From an uncultured delta proteobacterium (GTDB taxonomy: Bacteria > Desulfobacterota > Binatia > UBA9968): a stretch of DNA of 64,000 nt. Position numbers and translations under genes: made by a program. The notes under the pieces are model-generated. The model worked only from the letters and a program-made list of their open reading frames with translations. It ran no database searches and was not told the origin of the DNA. Shown in pieces: positions 50,944 through 60,933 of this stretch. Numbering within the stretch: the first letter of the stretch is position 1; the number at the start of each line of letters is the position of its first letter. The stretch covers positions 1,472,001 to 1,536,000 of the forward strand of contig CAVUVW010000013.1 of assembly GCA_963745035.1 (NCBI GenBank), written 5' to 3'.

Positions 50944-52080
50944 ATGATGGAGAACACGCTGCTCGATGCCGACTCGCACGTGAGCGAGCCGTTGAATCTT
51001 TGGCGGGAACGTCTGCCGGCAAAGTACCGGGACATCGCTCCGCACATGGAGACGGAGTATCAGGGCCGTCCCGGCGCCTGGTGGTTCATCGAGCAAGATC
51101 GCCAGCCGCACAACGTGATCTTGGGCTTTGGGGCGAACAAATCGCTCGAAGAGCTGCAGCAGCTATTGAAAAGTTTTTCCTACGCCGGAGCACATCGCGG
51201 CGGTTGGGACCCGGCGCAGCGAGTCAAAGACATGGACCAGGACGGCGTCGCAGGCGACATTCTCTACACGACCTTGGGCTTTCGCATGTTCTGGATCCGG
51301 GACGCTGGATTTCAAAGAGCCTGCTTCCAGGTTTACAACGACTGGCTCGCGGAATTCTGCGCCCATTCGCCCAAACGTCTCAAAGGCTTGGCGCTCATCT
51401 CGCTCTATGATCCGAAGCAGGCGGCCGAAGATTTAGCGGCCTGCGCCAAAAAAGGCTTGGCCGGCGCGCTGGTTTGGGCTTCCCCGCCGGAAGAGCTGCC
51501 ATTCTATTCGGAGGACTACGATCCCTTCTGGGCAGCCGCCCAGGAGCTGTCGATGCCTCTCAGCCTGCACGAATTCGCCGGCTTTCAGTGGGTCGATTGG
51601 GATTCGAGCGCGAAGAAACGAACCATAGCCGCCGGCATCAATTCGCAGGAAGTGGAAAAGACTTTTTCCACTCTGATACTCTCCGGCGTACTCGAGAGAT
51701 TTCCCCGCCTCAACGTGGTCTCGGCGGAGTTGAACTGCGGTTGGCTGCCCTACTTTCTCCGCCGCCTGGACGAGCGCTTCGAGGCGCGCGGCGTTCGCGT
51801 TCACGGCAGCGCCTTCGCTACGAAATTGACGCTCAAGCCGAGCGAATATTTTCGCCGCCAGCTTTACGCGACATTCATCGACGACCGCTTCGGCATCGCG
51901 CATCGAAATGACATCGGCGTGGAGAACTTGCTCTGGTCATCGGACTTTCCCCACAGCGCGACGTTCTGGCCCCATTCGCGGGAAAAAATCGCGAAAGACT
52001 TCCAGGATGTCGGCGCCGAGGACAAACAAAAAATTCTCTGGCAAAACACCGCAAAACTGTACCGCTTCGACGTGGAATGA
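50944..52080 (+). CDS. Amidohydrolase_2 family protein
   Basis: LDADSHVSEP, DMDQDGV, YNDWLAEFC, SGVLERFP, AELNCGWLP, WSSDFPH. Confidence 0.9.
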   Translation: MMENTLLDADSHVSEPLNLWRERLPAKYRDIAPHMETEYQGRPGAWWFIEQDRQPHNVILGFGANKSLEELQQLLKSFSYAGAHRGGWDPAQRVKDMDQDGVAGDILYTTLGFRMFWIRDAGFQRACFQVYNDWLAEFCAHSPKRLKGLALISLYDPKQAAEDLAACAKKGLAGALVWASPPEELPFYSEDYDPFWAAAQELSMPLSLHEFAGFQWVDWDSSAKKRTIAAGINSQEVEKTFSTLILSGVLERFPRLNVVSAELNCGWLPYFLRRLDERFEARGVRVHGSAFATKLTLKPSEYFRRQLYATFIDDRFGIAHRNDIGVENLLWSSDFPHSATFWPHSREKIAKDFQDVGAEDKQKILWQNTAKLYRFDVE

Positions 52081-52110
52081 CGGCGACGCGTTGTTGATCT
52101 CAGCCGTTGG

Positions 52111-52271
52111 AAATTCCTCTGTCTCCCCCTTTTTGGGGAAAAACTGCGGACCATTCCGAAATATTGAGTTGTGTTCTTGCGCGGGAGGATTTTAGTCCGT
52201 GGGTTATTACCCCTCTTTGACAAAGAGGGGTGAGGGGAGATTTCTCACTGATCACCAAAAATCCCCCTCAA
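52111..52271. repeat. CCCCTCTTTG-N-CAAAGAGGGG-type REP-like element
   Basis: Perfect palindrome at 52210-52230, followed by gaggggagattt and a partial inverse aaatccccctc. Confidence 0.6.
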
Positions 52272-52312
52272 TCCGGCCTCGTGCCCTTTTTACTGAAGCT
52301 CGCACAGATGCT

Positions 52313-52342
52313 TTGACAATTACTGAACGCAAGACTAAGAAT
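52313..52342 (+). promoter_or_regulatory. Possible sigma70 promoter of the LLM-VOC-SBP operon
   Basis: TTGACA(52313)-17 nt-TAAGAAT. Confidence 0.45.
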
Positions 52343-52371
52343 CGAACGATCACCACAACGAGGGAACCCGC

Positions 52372-53460
52372 ATGCAGTTCGGGCTTTTTTCCAACGGCGA
52401 AAGACACAATCAAGTCGCCAAGGTCACCTACGACGAGGATTTGGCCGAAGTCATTCTGGCCGATGAGCTCGGCTTACAGGAGGCATGGATCAGCGAGCAC
52501 GGAACGTTCGTCAGCTTCCACGCGCCGGACCAACTTCCCTGCGCCGATCCGTTTATTTGCAAGGCCGCGGCTCTGACCAAGCAGATCCGCATGGGGCCGG
52601 GCATCCGCCCGCTTCCCTACTTTCATCCTTTGCAGGTCGCCACCGACGCAGCGGTCTGCGATCACCTGACCAACGGCCGCTACATGGCCGGCTTCGGCGT
52701 CGGCCTCCCGGGCAAGACACCGCAGCGCGGCAAGCTTCCCGGCGATACCCGCGCCATGACCCGCGAAGCGATCGAGCTGATTCTCACCGCTTGGACCGCG
52801 ACCGAACCGTTCGACTGGCACGGCGAATTCTGGCAAGGCGAGCAACTGCACATCATCCCCCAGCCCTTGACCAAGCCGCACATGGAAGTCGGCATGGCTT
52901 GCTCGCGCAGCGAGGGAACCCTCGAGCTGACCGCGCAAAAGGGCTTCATTCCGCTCATGAGCTGGACGCCGCAATCCGGACAACTCAAAAACATGATCGA
53001 AATCTACCAGCGCGCCGGCGAGGAAGCGCAACGCCCCGCGCCGCGGAGCCGCGTGCGCGTCGCGCGCATGATCTACGTCACCGACTCGGTGGCGCAAGCC
53101 AAGCGCGATCTCAGCGGCATCGACCTCGGCGCCGCCAAAGTGACGCGCCGCCTCGATCAATACATTCCCGCAGGCGGCGCGCGTGACGACTTGACGATGG
53201 ATTACATGATCGATCGCGGCGCATTTTTCTGCGGCGATCCCGACACGGTCTATAACCAAATCAAAGAGCTGTACGACGAAACCGGCGGCTTCGGTGTTTT
53301 GCTTCTGCTCGCCGGCAAAGATTGGGGCAGCCACGAGCAGCGGCTGCGCTCAATGCGGCTTTTCATGTCCGAAGTTGCGCCACGGCTGACGCGGCTGAAT
53401 CCGGCCGCGGCGGCACAGAAGCAGTCCCCGATAGAATCGCATAGCTCACGGAGGTCATGA
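52372..53460 (+). CDS. LLM-class (luciferase-like) flavin-dependent monooxygenase
   Basis: MQFGLF, ADELG..EAWISEH, LPYFHPLQVA...A..DHLTNGR, GDPDTV, GGFGVLL. Confidence 0.92.
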   Translation: MQFGLFSNGERHNQVAKVTYDEDLAEVILADELGLQEAWISEHGTFVSFHAPDQLPCADPFICKAAALTKQIRMGPGIRPLPYFHPLQVATDAAVCDHLTNGRYMAGFGVGLPGKTPQRGKLPGDTRAMTREAIELILTAWTATEPFDWHGEFWQGEQLHIIPQPLTKPHMEVGMACSRSEGTLELTAQKGFIPLMSWTPQSGQLKNMIEIYQRAGEEAQRPAPRSRVRVARMIYVTDSVAQAKRDLSGIDLGAAKVTRRLDQYIPAGGARDDLTMDYMIDRGAFFCGDPDTVYNQIKELYDETGGFGVLLLLAGKDWGSHEQRLRSMRLFMSEVAPRLTRLNPAAAAQKQSPIESHSSRRS

Positions 53461-54257
53461 TGTTCGCTCACATCAAACACGCAGCGATTTATACCCAGAA
53501 CCCGGGCGCGATGATCGCCTTCTATGAAAAGATTCTAGGCATGAAGCGAATCACCACCGCGGTGACCGAAGCCAATCGCGGCCACATCAGCGACGGGCTC
53601 ATCGGGCTGGCCGTGCTCGCAAGACGGCCGGGAATTCCGGGAGGCTTGGATCATTTCGGCTTTGAAGTCGACGATATCGAGACGGTGCTGCAAAGAATCA
53701 GAGACAAGTATCCGAAGACGATCATTACAAAAGGGCTTGAGAGAGTTCCGTTCGCGGTTTTTCGCAGCCACGACCCGGCCGGGGCACAGTTCGATATCTC
53801 CGAGCGCACCCACGAGAAAGTTCGCGAGGGTTACAAGGAAGACGGTTGGGATCAACCGCGCCAGTTCAACCACGTTGTGATTCGCGCCGCCGAGCCGAGG
53901 CAAATCGCGGAGTTCTACCAGGAAGTTTTCGAGCTCTTCGAAGTCAAGGAACCGCCGCTCGGCGATGCCGTCTGCCTGAGCGACGGCAAGGTTCGCCTGC
54001 TTATCCTGCCGACGAACAACAGCTCCTATATCAGCATGCGCCAGGGCCTCGATCACATCGGCTTCAAGGTCGAGAGCATCGAGCAAGCCAAGAAGGATCT
54101 CGATGCGCTGGCCGGTTCTGTGCCCGCGTCGGCAGCCAAGGATATCGGCGCCGGCATTTTCGGACATTTCACGAAGGCGGACATGGCAGCGTGCAAGATC
54201 GGCCAGTACGCCCTGGCCGATCCCGACGGCGTCCTGCTGGACTTTTCAGAAAACTGA
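53457..54257 (+). CDS. Two-domain VOC family protein, paralog of 15783..16664
   Basis: IKHAAI, GLDHFGFEV, HDPAG, GLDHIGFKVE, ADPDG. Confidence 0.85.
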   Translation: MMFAHIKHAAIYTQNPGAMIAFYEKILGMKRITTAVTEANRGHISDGLIGLAVLARRPGIPGGLDHFGFEVDDIETVLQRIRDKYPKTIITKGLERVPFAVFRSHDPAGAQFDISERTHEKVREGYKEDGWDQPRQFNHVVIRAAEPRQIAEFYQEVFELFEVKEPPLGDAVCLSDGKVRLLILPTNNSSYISMRQGLDHIGFKVESIEQAKKDLDALAGSVPASAAKDIGAGIFGHFTKADMAACKIGQYALADPDGVLLDFSEN

Positions 54258-54264
54258 TTGCGAC

Positions 54265-55222
54265 ATGGCGAATCCGAATCGAATCCGGATACTGTGTATC
54301 CTCGTCGGCGCTCTTTTGATCTGCGTTCCCGCGCCGGCGATTGCGCAGCAGCTCAACCCAGATTCATATCGGCGTGCCGACCAACACGGTGACTTGGTTC
54401 CCGCTCTACGTGGCGTGGAAGAAGGGAATTTTTCAGGAACAGGGCATCGAGATGCTGCCGGTCACGATGTCGGTGCGCGCTTCCCTTGGGGCTTTGGCGT
54501 CACGGCATATTTCCTACATCACGCCTCTCGGTTCCTCGATGACGGCGATCGCCAACGGCCTTCCCGCCAAAGTGATCATGATCTTCGCGGTGCGATCGCA
54601 TCACGTCCTCGTCTCCAAACGTGAGATCGTTGCGCCGAGCGCACTGCGCGGTCACGGCGTCGCTATCAGCCAACCCGGCGGCACGGTCCACCGGCAGTTC
54701 CTCAAAATTCTCGAGCACTACAAGGTCGATCCCAAAGACGTGAAGATGATCAACTTGGGGGAAATGCCGAACCGCGCTCTCGCTCTCAAAGCCGGCACCA
54801 TCGACGCGGCGATGTTGAGCGTGCCCTACGATCTGTTCATGGAGAAGGACGGTTTTAGACCGATCGCCTATCTGAAGGATATCCTGGAGTTTCCGCTTCT
54901 CGGATTGATCGCCCATGACGAGCGCATAAGAGAAAGACCGGACGAGGTCAAAAAAGTTTTGACCGCCGCGCTCAAGGGCATCGCTTATACCAAGACTCAT
55001 CGCGAAGAGGTGCTGCCACTGCTGAAACAGTTTGTCGGCCTGCCGACGGTCGACATGACCCGCAAAACCTATGACGTGATCAAAGAACTTTGGCCGGATA
55101 ATGGAATTCCGTCCGACAAGGGACTGGCGATCGCTCTGAGCATGGCCGACGTGCCGCCAAACTTTCCTCCTGCAAAGATGGTCGATTGGTCGCTCGTCAG
55201 GGAGGCGGCGAAAAGCCGCTGA
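54265..55222 (+). CDS. SsuA/THI5-like ABC substrate-binding protein; frameshift near 54355
   Basis: Signal peptide MANPNRIRILC..., PLYVAWKKGIFQEQG, MVDWSLVREA. Confidence 0.85.
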
Positions 55223-55266
55223 AGCAAACCGTTACGCCGTCGCACTCCACGGAAACTCGCTCGCAT

Positions 55267-55797
55267 TTATTTCTCCGCCGGAAACCAGCCCTGCTGTTTG
55301 ATCAAGCCACGCAGATATTCGATTTGTCCCGCGTGGCGCGTGTTGCAGTTGACGACGCTGGCCAGGCGAATGCTCAACGTCGGCAGCGGTTGATACTGCG
55401 GTTCGTCGAGCACGCGATTCAGATCGGCGTTCGAGACGCTCGCCAGATAGCTCTTGGTTTGGGCGAACACCGCGTCGAGATAGTCGAGCAGCAGCGGCTT
55501 GTCAGAGACCGTAAACGCCTCCACCTGCGCTCGCGTCTGCCTGTGGCCTGAGCCGTAATCTTTCGGATCCGCCGGCATGTGGAAGCGCGCATGCCAACCC
55601 TCGGCGATCCACAACTGCGGGCGATCCAACAGTCCGGAAAAGTTGGCATCTTGGACACGCGAAAGGTGCCAGACGAGCCAGGCGATATGCGGCCTGGGCG
55701 GGGCGAGCAACTCTTCCGGCGACAGATCCTTCAGCGCCTCGCGCACCATGTCGCGCACGCGCCCTAACGCATCTAGAACCAATCCGGCGGCTTCCAT
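55267..55797 (-). CDS. DinB/YfiT-family (S-transferase-like) protein
   Basis: IAWLVWHLSRVQD, W...F, RHAGQIEYLRG. Confidence 0.85.
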   Translation of the reverse strand: MEAAGLVLDALGRVRDMVREALKDLSPEELLAPPRPHIAWLVWHLSRVQDANFSGLLDRPQLWIAEGWHARFHMPADPKDYGSGHRQTRAQVEAFTVSDKPLLLDYLDAVFAQTKSYLASVSNADLNRVLDEPQYQPLPTLSIRLASVVNCNTRHAGQIEYLRGLIKQQGWFPAEK

Positions 55798-55982
55798 CCG
55801 TGACTTCCTCAAAGGCTATTATCGGTTTCACACTATCAGATGCCGGGTGGGTGCGGCGAGATGCAAGATCGCTTTTCAGTTAGCCATTCAAGGAACATCC
55901 CCCACTTGACGGCCATGATGCACCTGCCCTATCGTGCCGCTAGGTCGCCGGTCGCCCACCAACCCATCACAAGGAGGCAGTT

Positions 55983-57503
55983 ATGGGATTTCTTACCGCC
56001 GAGGAGCTGAATCAGTTATCGCCCGCCGAGACTTCCGCCTATCCATCGCCCATACCGACGCAATCGGTTTCGAGCGACGAATTCATGCCCGCGCCACAGA
56101 GCGAAAAGCAGCGCGAGTTCGAGGCGCGTATCAAAGAATTCGGCGGCAAGCTGGCGCGCCGGCAAGGCATGTCGCGGCGCGCCTTCTTCAAGACCGCCGC
56201 GGGCATGGCGGCGGCATTCGTGGCGATGAACGAAACCTACGGCCGCCTTTATGACGCGAGCCGGGCCGAGGCGGCGATTCCTGAGATGGCCGGCGAGCGC
56301 GCCAAGGCGCTGGCCAATCAATTCGTCATGGACATGCATACTCACTTTCTGCGCGACGATACGCGCATCACCAACTTCGTGCGCCAGCGCGAAGCCGTGG
56401 GAAAAGCCGGTTGGAACCCAGCGCTGCAAGGCAAGCCGCAGACCATCGAAGATCTGAAGTTCGCCAATTATTTTAAAGAAGTGTTTCTCGACAGCGACAC
56501 CAAAGTCGCGTGCATCAGCGGCTCGGCGTCGGAGGATCCGCGCGACTGGTTTTTGACCAACGAAATGAAGTTCGACGCGCGCGCCAAGGTCAACAAGGAA
56601 GCAGGAACGAAGCGCATGTTTTCTCACGCGATCATGACGCCGGGCCGGCCGGGCTGGCTCGACAAGGTCGATGAGGAGATGGAAAGGCTCAAGCCCGATT
56701 CGTGGAAGGGCTACACCATCGGCGACAACACCAACAAGCATTTGTCCAAGCATCCCTATCGCCTCGACGACGAAAAGATCATGTATCCGTTCTATGAACG
56801 GCTGGTGAAGTGGAGCAAAGACCATCCCGGCGTGGTCAACGTCTGCATCCACAAGGGACTTTTCCCGCCGTCGGTCGAAGGAAAATTCCCCCATCTGGTC
56901 GGCTACTGTCACGTCGGCGACGTCGGCAAGGCGGCAAAGGATTGGCCGCAGCTCAATTTCATTATTTACCATTCGGCTTATCGTTGGGCCGGTGGCGGCA
57001 CCGCCGAGGACGCCTGGGGCCAACTCAACCGCACCGGCCGTATCGAGTGGGTAAACGATCTCGCCGAAATCCCGGCGCAGTACGGCGTGAAGAACGTCTA
57101 CGGCGACTTGGGGCAGATTTTCGCCCAAAGCACCATGGCCGATCCGCGCGTGTGCGCGTTCATGATGGGAACACTCGTCAAAGGACTCGGATCCGACCAC
57201 GTCGTGTGGGGCTCGGATTCGGTCTGGACCGGTTCGCCGCAGTGGCAGATCGAAGCGCTGCGCCGGCTGGAGATCCCCGAAGAGATGCAGAAGAAGCACG
57301 GCTTTAAGCCGCTCGGCGCGGCGGACGGCCCGGTCAAGCGCGCTATTCTCGGCGAGAACAACGCGCGGCTCTACCAATTCAACCCGCAGCAGCGCACGTC
57401 GTTGGAAAACGACCGCTTTGCGCAGCTCAAAGCCGATTACGAAACCAACGGCGCGGCGCGCAGCAATCTGACCTACGGTTACATTTACAGGCCCAGGGTC
57501 TGA
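55983..57503 (+). CDS. Amidohydrolase family protein with an internal twin-arginine motif
   Basis: SRRAFFK at about residue 64; DMHTHF, SWKGYT, CIHKG, IYHS, WGSDSVWTGSPQWQIEA, ILGENNARLY. Confidence 0.85.
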   Translation: MGFLTAEELNQLSPAETSAYPSPIPTQSVSSDEFMPAPQSEKQREFEARIKEFGGKLARRQGMSRRAFFKTAAGMAAAFVAMNETYGRLYDASRAEAAIPEMAGERAKALANQFVMDMHTHFLRDDTRITNFVRQREAVGKAGWNPALQGKPQTIEDLKFANYFKEVFLDSDTKVACISGSASEDPRDWFLTNEMKFDARAKVNKEAGTKRMFSHAIMTPGRPGWLDKVDEEMERLKPDSWKGYTIGDNTNKHLSKHPYRLDDEKIMYPFYERLVKWSKDHPGVVNVCIHKGLFPPSVEGKFPHLVGYCHVGDVGKAAKDWPQLNFIIYHSAYRWAGGGTAEDAWGQLNRTGRIEWVNDLAEIPAQYGVKNVYGDLGQIFAQSTMADPRVCAFMMGTLVKGLGSDHVVWGSDSVWTGSPQWQIEALRRLEIPEEMQKKHGFKPLGAADGPVKRAILGENNARLYQFNPQQRTSLENDRFAQLKADYETNGAARSNLTYGYIYRPRV

Positions 57504-57515
57504 GGAGTTGGAGCT

Positions 57516-57546
57516 TGGCGGCGCCGCGATTCAGGGGGCGCCGCCA
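57516..57546 (+). terminator. GC-rich hairpin after the amidohydrolase gene
   Basis: tggcggcgcc ... ggcgccgcca 10-bp stem with a weak U-tract. Confidence 0.5.
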
Positions 57547-57592
57547 TTCAACCCGGCGCGCAGGTCAAGCAATCAGTTTCTATGCGAACACC

Positions 57593-58285
57593 GTGGCAGA
57601 TGAATTAAAAATCCTCAGCGCGGGCGCGGTAAAACCGGGACTGACCAAAGTCATTGACGCCTTTCAGCGCGATCGCGCGGTAAGAGTTCAAGTCTCGTTC
57701 GCAACCGCGCCGGCGATCCGCAAGCAGATCGGCGCAGGCGAAATACCCGACGTCGTGATTGCGCCGGCAGACGTGGTCGCGGAAATCACTCGATCGGGAA
57801 AATGCGTCGCGGGCGCCACTGTAGTTATCGGTCAAATCGGCGTCGGCGTTTTCGTCCGAGACGGCGAGCGGCTGCCGGGAATCGCCACGGTCGAAAGCTT
57901 CAAGGAGTCTCTGCTCAGCGTAGAATCCGTCGTTTACAACCAGGCTTCGACAGGGACTTATCTTGAGGCGCTTTTCGAATCGCTCGGCATCGGCGCTGCG
58001 ATCAGGGGCAAATCGACACGCTATCCCGATTTCGCCACCGTCCTCGATCACGTCAGCAAAGGCATGGGCCGAGAAATCGGTCTAGGCGCGACCACCGTGA
58101 TTATCGAAAACGAGAAGCATGGAGTAAGATTCGCCGGGCCGCTGCCGGCTGAGATTCAGAACTACACATCTTACGTCGCGGCGATCACCGCCGAGAGCGA
58201 CGCAAGAGGGACCGCCCAGCAGTTCATGCGTTACATCGCATCTCCGGCGGCAAAATCTCTTCTAACCGCCGCCGGCATTCAGTAG
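57593..58285 (+). CDS. ModA-like (SBP_bac_11) protein without an evident signal peptide
   Basis: LKILSAGAV, GVGVFVR.G...P.I.T...FK..LL, ASTGTY, GPLPAEIQNYTSY. Confidence 0.75.
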   Translation: MADELKILSAGAVKPGLTKVIDAFQRDRAVRVQVSFATAPAIRKQIGAGEIPDVVIAPADVVAEITRSGKCVAGATVVIGQIGVGVFVRDGERLPGIATVESFKESLLSVESVVYNQASTGTYLEALFESLGIGAAIRGKSTRYPDFATVLDHVSKGMGREIGLGATTVIIENEKHGVRFAGPLPAEIQNYTSYVAAITAESDARGTAQQFMRYIASPAAKSLLTAAGIQ

Positions 58286-58352
58286 CGGAGCTCGCCAACT
58301 CGACTCGCAATCTTGCGCGGTTAAACAACGGCACCGATGATCTCGGATAAGT

Positions 58353-58425
58353 TCACCGCGGAGGCGCGGAGGACGGCGAGGAAAAGAGTAAAAAGATCTC
58401 TGCGAACTCTGCGCCTCTGCGGTGA
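58353..58425. repeat. Palindrome TCACCGCGGAG.../...CTCTGCGGTGA (same family as 39474)
   Basis: tcaccgcggag gcgcggag gacggcgag ... ctctgcgaa ctctgcgc ctctgcggtga. Confidence 0.8.
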
Positions 58426-58431
58426 GCGGTA

Positions 58432-58947
58432 TTACCCAGCCGTTTCAAACGACAGCGTTGCGTAGCGCATGAAGACGCCGCCGCGCGGCTCTCCGAGCGG
58501 GCCGTTCGCCACCAGGCAGGCGATGACATGCTTGGTTCCCGGCGCAGCCTTGGTGTCTACTTCTACGCGCTGCGGTGCATTGATGCCCACGATCGCGCCG
58601 GTGGCGCGGTCGATCCTGCCGTCGATCCACACCTCGCCGTAGTTATCGACGTTGGTCTCGAACCAGACGCGGAACCCGGCTACATCGACCCCGTTCACTT
58701 TTTCCGGCAGCTCGACCGTAATGCGGTACCAGGCGAAGGTGAATCCTTTGGAGATGCTTTTGCGGATGTTGGCGCACACCTCCCACTTGGAGTCGTCGTA
58801 GTCCGGCAAGCGGGCCGGAGTGTTCGTTAGCTGCGCGGTAAGACCTTCGTTCGGTTGGCCCGGCACCAGTCCCTGGCCGACGCGCCACTGCCCTTTGATT
58901 TTGCGGCGGTCTTCGGCATTGTTGAGATCCAGAGTGATTCTCGGCAT
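58432..58947 (-). CDS. Hypothetical protein with a galactose-binding/jelly-roll (GH2 sugar-binding-like) domain
   Basis: AGGAGG RBS; PDYDDSKW, AWYR..V.LP, VDNYGEVWIDG. Confidence 0.65.
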   Translation of the reverse strand: MPRITLDLNNAEDRRKIKGQWRVGQGLVPGQPNEGLTAQLTNTPARLPDYDDSKWEVCANIRKSISKGFTFAWYRITVELPEKVNGVDVAGFRVWFETNVDNYGEVWIDGRIDRATGAIVGINAPQRVEVDTKAAPGTKHVIACLVANGPLGEPRGGVFMRYATLSFETAG

Positions 58948-59092
58948 AACGCCCTCCTATCGCTCGATGATTTCTTCCTGCCGCAAGCACTGCCCGTTGC
59001 GAAATTGACTGGTTCCGCAACTCCGCGCCGCTGCGACAAAATCCAATTGTCTTTCGTCGCCGGGAGCCGGAGTGCCCGGAAAAGATATTCGG

Positions 59093-59719
59093 TCAGATGC
59101 CGCTCTTCCGGATAAGATTCTTCTCTTGCAATGTTTTCATGACGGCTTCGACGTAAGACTTGATCGCCGAACGCACGTTCTCCGGTTCCGTCGTTTTGAT
59201 CGTAGCGGTCCAGACAACGTCGTTTTTGCCCATGTCATGAAGCGTCGTTTCGGAAACATACTCGTTGTAACGGTAGACGCTCGGCGCGCCGCCGAGGCCG
59301 TGCCACGAGGCGCCGACGTTGGAGCCGAAAATTCCGAAGGAGGTGTACGGGAAATAGCCCGGCCCGTATTGAGTTTTTTCCTCGACTTGAATCAGCCGGA
59401 CGAAGAGCGCCGCGTCCGCGCTCGCCGTTTTCGCGGCCTCTTTGATCTTGTTTTCATCGATCTTCTCGTTCTCCGGGACAAATCGATAACTCGGCAGCGC
59501 ATCGACGCCAGCCGCGCGAAGCTGCGCGACAAACTCATCTTCAAAGTTGCGCCGCACGCTGGTGTCATCGCCCAAACCGCCGATCATGACGCGCTGAAAT
59601 GAGCCCGATGAGTATGCGGGATTGCGCCACTCGCTGACGATGGGAGTGGCGGCGGAGCAGCCGGCCAAAAGCAGCAAAAGCAACACATTCGCGATACTCC
59701 ACGACGAGGCTTTCATCAA
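59093..59719 (-). CDS. Lipoprotein, DUF4136-like
   Basis: Lipobox LLAGC; RRNFEDEFV, Gly/aromatic-rich loop, VVWTA. Confidence 0.65.
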   Translation of the reverse strand: MMKASSWSIANVLLLLLLAGCSAATPIVSEWRNPAYSSGSFQRVMIGGLGDDTSVRRNFEDEFVAQLRAAGVDALPSYRFVPENEKIDENKIKEAAKTASADAALFVRLIQVEEKTQYGPGYFPYTSFGIFGSNVGASWHGLGGAPSVYRYNEYVSETTLHDMGKNDVVWTATIKTTEPENVRSAIKSYVEAVMKTLQEKNLIRKSGI

Positions 59720-59764
59720 TCTTTCACCTTCCGATCGTATTTTATCGCGTGAGAATGCGAAGCG

Positions 59765-60749
59765 CTACGGCTTCCAGCCGCTCGTTTTCAATTCCTCGTT
59801 GGCTTTTTTCACGAAACTCAACTCGAAGATATCGGCGACTTTGATATCGCGCTGCACTTTGGTCGTGCGTTTCATATCGTCGATCATCGATTGCAACATC
59901 TTGTCGTCGCTGAATCCTTCCTTGAGTGTCAGCCGGGTTTGAATATCATAGATCGAGCCGACCAGCTCGCGATCTTTCATGCGCAGGTTGTCCATCATGT
60001 ATTTGATGGCCGCCTCCCGCCTCGTGACAAAATAATTCAGTCCCTTCAGTGACGCGCGCACGAAGCGAAAAATCTTTTCCGGGTTCTGCTTGATCTTGTC
60101 CTGGGACGTGGCCAAGCCGCCTTCGACCAGGTTGGCGTACTCGCTCGCGTTCGCGAGTTTGCTGAAGCCTTCCTTTTGCGCCCGCAGGCTCATCGCTGTA
60201 TTGAAAAGGGTCGCTGAAATCGCCTTGGTCTGGAGCGCCGGGAAGCGCACCTCGTCTCCGCCCATCACGACGAGGTTGACATCCTTGGTCGGATCGATGC
60301 CGTTTTTGCGCAAGATCTCGCGCGCCACCACGGCGAGGGATCCTTCGGGCGACATGATCGCGATGTTCTTGCCGCGCAGTTGGGAGACCGATTTGATCTC
60401 CGGCGACGCGATCAGATCCCATCCCGGCTTGTCCTGAAACACCGTAACCAGGCGCACCGAAACTCCCCTGACCGCCGCTGCCAGCGCGCTGCCGGCGTTG
60501 GTGAAAAAGTCGACGTCACCGGCGAGCGTCGTTCGAATGGCGATTTCTCCGCGAATGCTGAGCAACTCGACATTCAGCCCTTCTTCTTTGAAGTAGCCTT
60601 CCTTCTGCGCGATGATGAGGGAAAATACCGAGGTGTTGAGCGAGGGATAAGCAACACGCAGGTTGTCGATCGCGAACGCGGGTGTCGTTACACTCGCGGA
60701 TAAGACAATGCTCAAGAAGAACCGCTCTAGTTATCTTCATGCGCTTCAT
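59765..60749 (-). CDS. SsuA/THI5-like ABC substrate-binding protein; frameshift in the signal peptide
   Basis: IAQKEGYFKEEGLNVE, QLRGKNIA, FELSFVKKANEEL. Confidence 0.88.
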
Positions 60750-60933
60750 ACCAATCTCCTCTCACACTGAGTCGCTAAGCGCCGCAACTGTCCTGCCTTT
60801 TAGCTCGCAGATACGCTTCGGTCAAACGAAACAGCGCGCCGCGCGCGGAAAAAGCGTCTTGTCCCCGGCGCCGAAGTAGTCAAAGCAAGTGCCAGCCCGC
60901 AACCCACGGATTATCGAATCGTCCGATAGCATC

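Noticed and set aside
5571-57503. Other TGA stops (argC, tetR, VOC, amidohydrolases) as Sec codons
   Set aside because: They fall at the expected C-termini, not at conserved Cys positions, and no homologous sequence continues after them.
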